Shown: piece after piece, positions 1 through 7,753 of the stretch
Numbering within the stretch: the first letter of the stretch is position 1
Layout of the letters: each line of letters opens with the position of its first letter
Assembly (NCBI GenBank): GCA_023898425.1
Contig: CP060222.1
Span: 360,001-392,000, forward strand
Direction of reading: 5' to 3'
Length of the DNA: 32,000 nt
Source of the DNA: Candidatus Saccharimonadota bacterium
GTDB taxonomy: Bacteria; Patescibacteriota; Patescibacteriia; 2-12-FULL-60-25
Made by a program: the position numbers and the translations under genes
Notes under the pieces: model-generated
Told to the model about the DNA's origin: nothing
The model's database searches: none
What the model saw: the letters and a program-made list of their open reading frames with translations, nothing else

Positions 1-269
1 TTGCAAACGAAGAAGCCTCGATGAGATTGTCGCAATTTGATCCGCAGATTGTCCTTGTTGCTTTTGGACATCCCAAGCAAGAGCTATGGATCGAACAACA
101 CAAAACGGACTATCCTTCGCTAAAAGCGATCATGGGTGTTGGTGGAACATTCGACTATTGGTCAGGTGCGGTAAAACGAGCACCAAGATGGATGAGGCAA
201 GTAGGGCTTGAGTGGCTTTGGCGTGTATTTATTGAGCCAAAACGCATTAAACGTATTTTGATGCGGTGA
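1..269 (+). CDS. WecB/TagA/CpsF-family glycosyltransferase, C-terminal part (5' end outside window)
   Basis: The frame is open from base 3. The translation ...VAFGHPKQELWI...GVGGTFDYWSGAVKRAPRWMRQVGLEWLWRVFIEPKR matches the conserved C-terminal block of TagA/WecG enzymes. Confidence 0.8.
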   Translation, partial: ANEEASMRLSQFDPQIVLVAFGHPKQELWIEQHKTDYPSLKAIMGVGGTFDYWSGAVKRAPRWMRQVGLEWLWRVFIEPKRIKRILMR

Positions 270-292
270 TTTTGTTTCCCATTCATGTTTTA

Positions 293-321
293 TTGTCAAA
301 ATAGCGTTTTTCGCTTAAATT
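293..321 (+). promoter_or_regulatory. sigma-70-type promoter candidate ahead of gltX
   Basis: TTGTCA (293-298), a 17-nt spacer, then TAAATT (316-321). The -10 ends only 8 nt before the ATG at 330, so the transcript would be nearly leaderless. Confidence 0.3.
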
Positions 322-329
322 AGCTGTCT

Positions 330-1809
330 ATGGCCACATCAAAATCCGGTACGCGTACGTCTTTGCTCCAAGCCCTACGGGCTATGTGCATATCGGTACC
401 CTGCGACAGCGCTTTATAACTGGTTTTTAGCTCGTAATATGGGTGGGACGTTTTTATTGCGTGTAGAAGATACCGACCGCGCTCGTTATGTTGAGGGAAG
501 TATTGAAAACCCTAATAAAGGTGATGAAACAATGCGATCTTGAAGCTGATGAGGGTTTGATTCTTACTTCGACGGGAGAACTTGAAGATAAAGGCGACTA
601 TGGTCCTTATTTGCAAAGCAAACGCAAAGAGCGTCATCTCGCCTATGCCTATGAGCTCATTGAAAAGGGTCTCGCGTACTATTGTTTTTGTACAAAAGAA
701 CGTCTAGAAGAGATTGCGCAAAAACAAAAGGAGCTCAAACAGCCATTTATGTATGATCGTTGCTGTCGTGACTTGCCTCGAGAAAAAGCAGAGAATCGTG
801 CAGCTGTTGGTGATGAGCATGTGATTCGCTTGGCTGTTCCACTCGAGGGCTCTATCACCATGAATGATTTGATTCGTGGAAAGGTAACGATTCCATGGTC
901 ACAAATTGATGATCAGGTTTTGATTAAATCTGATGGGTATCCTACGTATCATCTTGCGGCAACCTGTGACGATCATGATATGGGGATCACCCATGTTGTG
1001 CGTGGTGAAGAATGGCTCTCCTCATTGCCAAAGCATATTTTCATTGCTCAATCTTTTGGTTGGGACGTGCCAGAATATGCACATCTACCATTATTGTTGA
1101 ACGCTGATCGCTCAAAGCTTTCAAAACGCCAAGGGATGTTGCTGTTGAGGATTATCTTGCAAAGGGGTACTTGCCAGAGGCGTTAGTTAATTTTGTTGGC
1201 ATTGCTCGGTTGGAATCCAACAGCTGATCGTGAAATATTTACCAAAGAAGAATTAGCTGAGCTTTTTGATATCACTAAGGTAAACAAAGCTGGAGCGGTC
1301 TTTAATATCGAAAAAACTTGATTGGTTAAATGCGCATTATCTCAAGCAGCTTTCTGAAGAGGAATTTTGAAAAAATCCACACCCTTCATTAAAGATGTGC
1401 CAGGTGATGCAAAATGATTCAACGTGCAACGGTCATCTCACGTGAGCGTGTGAGTGTTTTGTCGCAGTTACCTGAGCTTGTGAACGAAGCTCTCGAAGCT
1501 CCAGCGCCAACAGCAGAAAGTCTCGTTTGGAAGAAATCCACCAAAGAAGAGGCGGTTACTCGTTTGCAGGGCGTACGTGCATTTGTCTCTGGATTAAGTG
1601 ATGATGATTTTACATCTGTTGCAAAACTCGAAGAAGCGATGAAGGCATTTATTGCAGAAAAGAGTTGGGGCAACGGTGATACGCTTTGGCCAACGCGTGT
1701 AGCGTTATCTGGTCGCGAAAAATCCCCAAGCCCATTTGAGTTGTTATACGTCTATCAAAAAGCGCTTTCATTGACACGTATCGACGAAGCACTCGCTCTT
1801 CTGGCATAA
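330..1809 (+). pseudogene. gltX: glutamate--tRNA ligase (GluRS), reading frame broken by about 8 single-base indels
   Basis: Class I aaRS motifs appear across three frames:
- FAPSPTGYVHIGTLR (frame 2)
- TALYNWFLARNMGGTFLLRVEDTDRARYVEGSIEN (frame 1)
- ORF 488-1186 with ...DGYPTYHLAATCDDHDMGITHVVRGEEWLSSLPKH... and KLSKR
- ...VAVEDYLAKGYLPEALVNF...GWNPTADREIF...
- the C-terminal anticodon-binding ORF 1414-1809

Frame changes sit at the A-run 341-344, 406, C3 510-512, G3 1133-1135, GG 1198-1199, A6 1311-1316, T4 1365-1368 and A4 1411-1414. Confidence 0.9.
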
Positions 1810-1817
1810 TAGAGAGG

Positions 1818-3044
1818 ATGAAATTAGGACAAGGACTCGTACTTTCGTATGCGATTATCGCCCTCCTCGTTGGTGGGCCGATAGCTTTTGCGGCAACCTC
1901 TACAGATACAGGCACAAAAGCAGAGGTTGATGAGCTACAAAGCGCCGTTAAAGACAAGCAAAATCGCATTAAAGAGCTCGAAGATGTTATCTCAAAATAT
2001 CGTCAACGTATTAACGAGCAAGCTGGAGCACAAGCAACGCTAGAAAACCAAGTAGCTCTTATTGAAAATAGCATACAAGAAAAAGAACTCGCCATTGAAC
2101 GCGTAAGAGGTCTTATTGATATTGCAAACCTTGAGTTGCAACGTGTGCAGTTACAGATACAAAATGAAGAGCTGCGTTTACAGCGACGCAAAGAGGCGCT
2201 TGGTGGTGTTTTGGGAGAATTGCAGGACGCTCAGGGCGTTGGTCTTTTGAGTCTTATGTAGCTCGTGGCTCGCTTTCAGAATTTTTACGCAAATGGAAGA
2301 ACTTAAGCGCCTTGAGGATGAAATGACGAATGCGACCTTGGATGTAAAAAGAAGGTAGGCGCATTCTTGAACTAAAAAAAAGAAGAAGTCGAGGCCTATC
2401 GTAAAGATCTCGAGCAAGATCAGGTTGATCTTCTCGCACAACAAAACCAACTAGAAGAAGAGCGTGCAGCAAAGGCGTCGCTTCTCGCAGAAACATCAGC
2501 ACGAGAAGAAGAGTTTCAACGCATTATGTATGAACTGCGTCAGCAACGACAAGAAGAAGCGTCAAATGCTGCTGATCTAGAGATGCGTATTAAAGACAAG
2601 CTAAACCAAATCGATAAAGCGTTAGCGAGAGGTGATGTTTTGTTTAGTTGGCCATTTCGAGTAACGCGAATATCGGCACATTTTCACGATAAGACCTACC
2701 CGTATCGAAACTTGTTTGAACATCCAGGAACAGACTTGCCGACGCCTGTTGGTACTCAAGTAAAAGCTGCTGCCGGTGGATACGTTGCCTTTACCCGTAC
2801 AGGTAAACAATACGGTAATTATTTGATGATCGTTCATCCAGGCGGCTATGCAACGATCTATGCGCATTTGTCTGCCTTTAAAGTCAAAGCTGATAGCTAT
2901 GTAGAGCGTGGTGATGTGATTGCATTATCCGGAGGTGCTGCAGGTGCTCCAGGATCCGGCCTATCTACAGGCCCTCATCTTCACTTCGAATTACGTAAAG
3001 ACGGTATCCCAATAGATGCCGAGCCTTATTTGCCTGATCTTTGA
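1818..3044 (+). pseudogene. EnvC-like M23 (LytM) metallopeptidase with N-terminal signal/TM and coiled coil; four frame changes at 2255-2381
   Basis: ORF 1818-2261 carries a signal/TM segment and a heptad-rich coiled coil. ORF 2526-3044 has the M23 motifs HPGTD...HLHFELR. Both ORFs are in the same frame. The 265 nt between them continue the coiled coil (VARGSLSEFL / QMEELKRLEDEMTNATLDVK / KKEEVEAYRKDLEQDQVDLLAQQNQLEEERAAK) in shifted frames. The shifts sit near 2257, T5 2282-2286, A5 2346-2350 and A8 2374-2381. Confidence 0.85.
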
Positions 3045-3060
3045 TCATAAAACCAACATG

Positions 3061-3252
3061 CCCCCTACCCCCGGTAGCCACATTTATTGTGCGTAAGGTA
3101 TGTGTCTACCGACCCCTTCCCATATCTGGGAAGGGGTTTGTGGTTGCAAGGGAATTTAAGATGATCAGAAAAACCCCTTCCTCAAACGTGGGAAGGGGTG
3201 GTTTTTTCTACACCATAAATCCAATACCGTAGAAAGAAACCGGGGTAGGGGG
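3061..3252. repeat. Copy A of a ~190-nt inverted-repeat-bounded multi-hairpin intergenic element
   Basis: The ends are CCCCCTACCCCCGG (3061-3074) and CCGGGGTAGGGGG (3240-3252). Internal hairpins:
- GGTAGCCACA(3073-3082)/TGTGTCTACC(3101-3110)
- CCCCTTCCC-atatct-GGGAAGGGG (3113-3136)
- CCCCTTCC-tcaaacgt-GGGAAGGGG (3174-3198)

The same order of blocks recurs at 22322-22506. Confidence 0.75.
3169..3207. terminator. bidirectional intrinsic terminator formed by the third hairpin of repeat copy A
   Basis: A5 (3169-3173), an 8-bp GC-rich stem (3174-3198), then T6 (3202-3207). It lies between the convergent M23 and dus genes. Confidence 0.55.
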
Positions 3253-3281
3253 CTTGTGGGGTTCTATAGTCCGCGGCTTGT

Positions 3282-4223
3282 TCAAAGATCTGCTTCGAGT
3301 TCTTCTAATGATGAGATGCGTACGAGCTTTTCCTTAAGTGGTTTAAACTTTGGATCGTATTTAAAGTACCAAGGAAGATGTTTGCGTAATTTCGTGAGAC
3401 CATGATCACCATAGTGCTCAAGCTGGAGTTTTGCATGTCTACGGATAACTTCTATACGTTGCTCGAGTGTTGGTGGCTCGATACGACTCCCATCTTCTAG
3501 ATAAGCTTCTACTTGTTTGGCAAACCATGGATTACCAAGTAGTCCACGGCCAATAAGCACACCATCAGCGCCAGATTGTGTCATGGCTTCTTTTGCAGAT
3601 TCAACCGAAGTAATGTCGCCATTTACGAGAAAGGGGAGGTGGGCAACATTGGCACGCGCCTCTCCAACGCGTTGCCAATTTGCAGTGCCGGCATAACCTT
3701 GCTCACGAGTACGCCCATGCATGGAGATAAGATCTGCGCCTGCATCTGCGACGACTTTTACAAACTCAAGACAGTCCGTATCTTTTACCCAACCAAGACG
3801 TGTTTTTACGGACACAGGGCAAGGTACGGCGGCTTTCATTGCTTTTACGATCGCCGCTGCGCGTTCTGGTTCTTTGATGAGGGCAGCGCCATTAAAATTT
3901 GAGACGAGATTATACACAGGGCAACCCATATTGATATCAATGGCATCAGGCTCAAAGCGTTCGTAGATGATGCGAGCAGCCTCGGCCATCACTTCGGGAT
4001 TTGCTCCAAAGATCTGCTGGACTAAAGGCCTTTCTCGTTCATCAAACATGGCCATTTTTAATGTTTTTGGGTTGAGGCGAATAATGGCTTCGGAACTTAC
4101 CATCTCGCGAAACATCAATGATACGCCCACTTCTTTTGAGACGAGGCAAAACGGCAAGTCACTCATATCAGCCATTGGGGCAAGTGCGACAATTGGTTTC
4201 TTGTAGGATTTCCAGTCAATCAT
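3282..4223 (-). CDS. dusB: tRNA-dihydrouridine synthase (Dus family, DusB-like)
   Basis: 313-aa ORF with ...VALAPMADMSDLPFCLV...FGANPEVMAEAA...DINMGCP...KTRLGW...HGRTREQGYAGTANW. This is typical Dus FMN TIM-barrel sequence followed by a C-terminal helical domain. Confidence 0.85.
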   Translation of the reverse strand: MIDWKSYKKPIVALAPMADMSDLPFCLVSKEVGVSLMFREMVSSEAIIRLNPKTLKMAMFDERERPLVQQIFGANPEVMAEAARIIYERFEPDAIDINMGCPVYNLVSNFNGAALIKEPERAAAIVKAMKAAVPCPVSVKTRLGWVKDTDCLEFVKVVADAGADLISMHGRTREQGYAGTANWQRVGEARANVAHLPFLVNGDITSVESAKEAMTQSGADGVLIGRGLLGNPWFAKQVEAYLEDGSRIEPPTLEQRIEVIRRHAKLQLEHYGDHGLTKLRKHLPWYFKYDPKFKPLKEKLVRISSLEELEADL

Positions 4224-4300
4224 GCACGGATGGTAATGTTTTATTGCAAAATGAGCAAATCTATGCTTAAATCACCAACGTCCTTTATCTGGAGGTGAAT

Positions 4301-4684
4301 ATGGCCTTGAGTCTAAAAGAGCTAGAATCAAGTGATCAAGAACTAGAGCCAGCTCTGCGAGAAGATTTGAAAAAACAAGTGATATTGCTTGGTTTAAAGT
4401 ATCGAGACAATGAAAGTGTTTTTCGTGCGCTTGAAATACACTGTAATTTGCTTTTGGATGAAATCCAGCAAGCAAGGTCACGAGCTTTCGTTGTTGCTAT
4501 TGTAAGTGCTTTGGGTTTTTTCATCATGTTTTTTACGGGCTTCTTAACAGACGGCTTTCAATTCGAGATTGTTATTTTGACGGTAGCATTTAGCCTCATG
4601 GCAACGTATTCTTTTGGTAGCGTTATAGCCTATTCCAAGCTTAGTGATGTAGTAATGGAATTCTACCCACCCAAATCACTCTAA
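4301..4684 (+). CDS. hypothetical small membrane protein (N-terminal coiled coil, two predicted TM helices)
   Basis: GGAGGTG Shine-Dalgarno sits 4 nt before the ATG at 4301. Hydrophobic stretches are AFVVAIVSALGFFIMFFTGFL and IVILTVAFSLMATYSFGSVIAY. I recognise no family. Confidence 0.5.
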   Translation: MALSLKELESSDQELEPALREDLKKQVILLGLKYRDNESVFRALEIHCNLLLDEIQQARSRAFVVAIVSALGFFIMFFTGFLTDGFQFEIVILTVAFSLMATYSFGSVIAYSKLSDVVMEFYPPKSL

Positions 4685-4705
4685 GGTTAAGTCATGCTTT
4701 TTACT

Positions 4706-4732
4706 GAGCCTCGTCTATGCGGGGCTCTTTTT
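4706..4732 (+). terminator. intrinsic terminator after the 4301-4684 gene
   Basis: GAGCCTCG-tctatg-CGGGGCTC stem (one G.U pair) followed by TTTTT. Confidence 0.65.
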
Positions 4733-4745
4733 CTTATTAAGGTAA

Positions 4746-4774
4746 TTGACAAGTGACGCTAAAACGACTATCTT
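4746..4774 (+). promoter_or_regulatory. sigma-70-type promoter candidate for the 4810 gene
   Basis: TTGACA (4746-4751), a 17-nt spacer, TATCTT (4769-4774). AGGAG RBS at 4797-4801 and ATG at 4810. Confidence 0.45.
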
Positions 4775-4809
4775 ATTATTCTGTTCATTATCATCTAGGA
4801 GATGTGTAA

Positions 4810-5481
4810 ATGCTATCACGTTGGGTAATTGGCCTCATGGGTTTGGTTTTGTGTGCATGTGCAGATACGCCGCACTATAACCAGTCGTACAACTTTCGTG
4901 TGACAATCGAAAACATCTCGCAAGATGGTCAGATCGCACCAGGTGCTTATTTCGTAAGCTCCGAAGAAAATCTGCTTTTTACCGTTGGGGAGTCTGATCG
5001 TGGTATTGGCCTCGAGACTTTGGCTGAAGACGGTGATCCATTGCCTTTGGCGCGTGCCTTCATCCAAATGGGGGTTTTGGGGAGTGTTTTCAATCTCGAT
5101 AGCGTCGACTATCTCGAAGGCGCCATTGGACCTGGGCAGTCGTTTGTCTTCGAAATCACGGCTGCTCCTGGACAGTCACTCCATCTCGCAACCATGCTCG
5201 GTATAAGTAATGACTCCTTCTACGCGTCGGACGCTGATGGGATTGAGTTGTTTTCTGGATTCTATCCCTTACCGCTCACGCAGGTGACCGATGTGGCGCT
5301 TTATGACCTTGGTACCGAGATCAATGAGCCTCTTGGCGAAGGCGCGAATCAGCCATCGCGCCAGCCATCGCCAGGTTCCGGGGATCCGGAAGGCGGCGTC
5401 GTCCACACTGGTGACGAATCATACCCGCAAGCCGATGAGCTTATGCATATTACCGTCGAACTTATCGACGCCAACGAATAA
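4810..5481 (+). CDS. putative lipoprotein with spondin_N-like domain
   Basis: The signal peptide ends in a Cys-containing box (LVLCACAD). The body (YNFRVTIENIS...APGAYFV...ATMLGISNDSFYAS...LYDLGTEINEP) resembles bacterial spondin N-terminal-like domain proteins. The gene is visibly more GC-rich than its neighbours. Confidence 0.6.
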   Translation: MLSRWVIGLMGLVLCACADTPHYNQSYNFRVTIENISQDGQIAPGAYFVSSEENLLFTVGESDRGIGLETLAEDGDPLPLARAFIQMGVLGSVFNLDSVDYLEGAIGPGQSFVFEITAAPGQSLHLATMLGISNDSFYASDADGIELFSGFYPLPLTQVTDVALYDLGTEINEPLGEGANQPSRQPSPGSGDPEGGVVHTGDESYPQADELMHITVELIDANE

Positions 5482-5504
5482 CACAGCTTTTAGCAGTATT
5501 CTGG

Positions 5505-5531
5505 GCCCGTCTCTCATGGCGGGCTATTTTA
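5505..5531 (+). terminator. intrinsic terminator candidate after the spondin-like gene
   Basis: GCCCG-tctctcatgg-CGGGC stem followed by a T-rich tail (TATTTTATTT). Confidence 0.5.
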
Positions 5532-5566
5532 TTTACGAAATAGCTTAAAGCAGGCATGATACTCGC

Positions 5567-7696
5567 ATGTCCGAACGATTTGAATTAAAGTCCTCCTATC
5601 AGCCATCAGGAGACCAGCCAGATGCAATTGCTGGCCTGATTGAGGGTGTAGAAAAAGGGGAGCGATTTCAGACGCTACTTGGTGCAACCGGTACAGGTAA
5701 AACGTTTACTATCGCAAACGTTATTCAAAGCGTGCAAAAACCTACGCTTATTATTGCTCATAATAAAACACTCGCGGCTCAACTTTGTAATGAATTTCGT
5801 CGGTTCTTTCCGGATAATGCCGTTGAGTATTTTGTGTCTTATTACGATTATTATCAGCCAGAAGCCTATATTGCTCGCTCTGATACGTATATCGAAAAAG
5901 AAGCACAGATTAACGAAGAGATTGATCGCTTACGTCACGCTGCAACACAGGCCGTCCTTACAAGAAAAGACGTTATTATTGTTGCCACGGTTTCTTGTAT
6001 CTATGGTTTAGGGTCACCAAAAGAGTACGAAAAAACGGTCATGCATCTTACGGTTGGTGATGATTTTGATCGTGAAAAAATCTTACAGCGATTGATCGAC
6101 ATGCAATTTACTCGTACGCAAACAGATTTAACGCGTGGAAGTTTTAGAATGCGCGGAACCTTGCTCGAGATCATGCCGGTTAACGAAGAGCATATTTATC
6201 GTATTGATGCGACGCGTGGCTATATTGAGCACATCGATCAACAAGATCCTGTGTCAAAAGAGTTTCTAAAACAACAAAAAGATCTTTGGTTATTTCCTGC
6301 CAAGCACTTTATTACTGCGCCAGAAGAACGAGAAAAGGCCCTAGCAAAAATACGCCAAGAGCTAAAAGAACGACTCGAATACTTTGAAAAGAATGGCAAG
6401 CTCCTTGAAGCTGAACGTTTAGAGCGTAAGACGAAATACGATTTAGAATTGCTCGAGACACTTGGTTATTGTAATGGCGTAGAAAATTATTCTCAGACGC
6501 TTTCTGGACGCGAACCAGGTTCACCGCCCGATACGCTTTTTGAATATTTTCCTGATGACTTTTTGGTAGTGATTGATGAGTCTCATGTCACGGTTCCACA
6601 GCTTGGTGGGATGTCCGAAGGTGATCGCGCGCGTAAACAGTCACTTATTGATCACGGCTTTCGCTTACCATCAGCGGCTGATAATCGTCCATTACGCTTT
6701 GCAGAACTTGAAAACAAATTAAGAAAAACGATTCTTGTTTCGGCGACACCAGGTAAATACGAAAAAGAAAACTCTTCTCGCATTGTTGAGCAAATTATTC
6801 GTCCAACGGGTCTTATTGATCCGGAGGTTGTATTGTTACCGGTAACGCCAGGTGATTATGAAGCGGGAGATTTACCAATCACGCTACCATTTGACTTGCC
6901 TTCGCCCTATGAAGGTCAAGTGCATGATTTGTTAAATAATCGTATTCCAGAAGTTATCGAACGAGGTGAGCGTATTCTTGTTACAACGCTTACGAAAAAG
7001 ATGTCAGAAGATTTAACAACGTTTATGACAGAGCGCGGTTTGAAGGTGCGTTATTTGCATAGCGGCATTGAAACAGTGGAGCGTCTTGAGATTCTTTCTG
7101 AGTTTCGCAAAGGCACGTATGACATTATCGTGGGTGTTAACTTATTGCGTGAAGGTCTTGATCTTCCGGAGGTTTCTCTTGTTGCGATTATGGATGCGGA
7201 CAAAGAAGGCTTCTTGCGATCAGAAACATCCCTCATTCAAACGATTGGACGTGCTGCCCGTAATGTTCGTGGGCGTGTACTTTTGTATGCGGATAATATG
7301 ACCGGGTCACTTGATCGTGCTATTAAAGAAACAGAACGTCGTCGTGCTAAGCAAATTGCATACAATATCAAACACAAGATCACGCCAAAGACGATTATCA
7401 AAGCGATTGATGATCTTCGTGAGATTCTTGGTCTATCAACAAGCGAAAAAGATATTAAAGAGATTTTAAAACTCGAGCTCACAGCGGATTCGCATGCATT
7501 AGGGGATATTATCAAGAAAAAAGAAAAAGAAATGAAAGAAGCGGCAAAAAATCTTGAATTTGAATTAGCAGCCATTTTGCGTGACGAAATCAATCAACTC
7601 GATAACGAATTACGTAAAAGAAATCGCGAATCAGCATTGCCAGACAAAGAAAAGAAACAAGTAGAAAAGAAGGGGAGACACGGAAGAACACGCTAG
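5567..7696 (+). CDS. uvrB: excinuclease ABC subunit B
   Basis: 709-aa intact ORF with LGATGTGKTFT Walker A, DESH box, RPTGL, QTIGRAARN and a C-terminal UVR motif (FELAAILRDEINQL). Confidence 0.97.
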   Translation: MSERFELKSSYQPSGDQPDAIAGLIEGVEKGERFQTLLGATGTGKTFTIANVIQSVQKPTLIIAHNKTLAAQLCNEFRRFFPDNAVEYFVSYYDYYQPEAYIARSDTYIEKEAQINEEIDRLRHAATQAVLTRKDVIIVATVSCIYGLGSPKEYEKTVMHLTVGDDFDREKILQRLIDMQFTRTQTDLTRGSFRMRGTLLEIMPVNEEHIYRIDATRGYIEHIDQQDPVSKEFLKQQKDLWLFPAKHFITAPEEREKALAKIRQELKERLEYFEKNGKLLEAERLERKTKYDLELLETLGYCNGVENYSQTLSGREPGSPPDTLFEYFPDDFLVVIDESHVTVPQLGGMSEGDRARKQSLIDHGFRLPSAADNRPLRFAELENKLRKTILVSATPGKYEKENSSRIVEQIIRPTGLIDPEVVLLPVTPGDYEAGDLPITLPFDLPSPYEGQVHDLLNNRIPEVIERGERILVTTLTKKMSEDLTTFMTERGLKVRYLHSGIETVERLEILSEFRKGTYDIIVGVNLLREGLDLPEVSLVAIMDADKEGFLRSETSLIQTIGRAARNVRGRVLLYADNMTGSLDRAIKETERRRAKQIAYNIKHKITPKTIIKAIDDLREILGLSTSEKDIKEILKLELTADSHALGDIIKKKEKEMKEAAKNLEFELAAILRDEINQLDNELRKRNRESALPDKEKKQVEKKGRHGRTR

Positions 7697-7753
7697 CGAT
7701 AAAAGGATGTTCTGGATTTGTTCTTTTTTCGTACGGTATGATAATAAGCGTAT

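Noticed and set aside
330-1809. Programmed ribosomal frameshifting or transcriptional slippage rescuing gltX
   Set aside because: About eight separate shifts in both directions occur at very short runs (2-6 nt) with no slippery heptamers or downstream structures. This is not compatible with any known programmed recoding.
3041-3232. 63-aa ORF on the + strand between the M23 and dus genes
   Set aside because: It lies entirely inside the hairpin-rich repeat element and its Pro/Gly content simply mirrors the C- and G-runs. The second repeat copy (22322-22506) does not conserve the frame. I treat the region as non-coding.
7237-7593. 118-aa ORF antisense to uvrB; similar antisense ORFs lie inside gltX, dus, recQ, the ABC-F gene and the methyltransferase gene
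   Set aside because: All are fully nested in well-supported conserved genes on the other strand. They have no RBS and no recognisable motifs, and are typical shadow ORFs.
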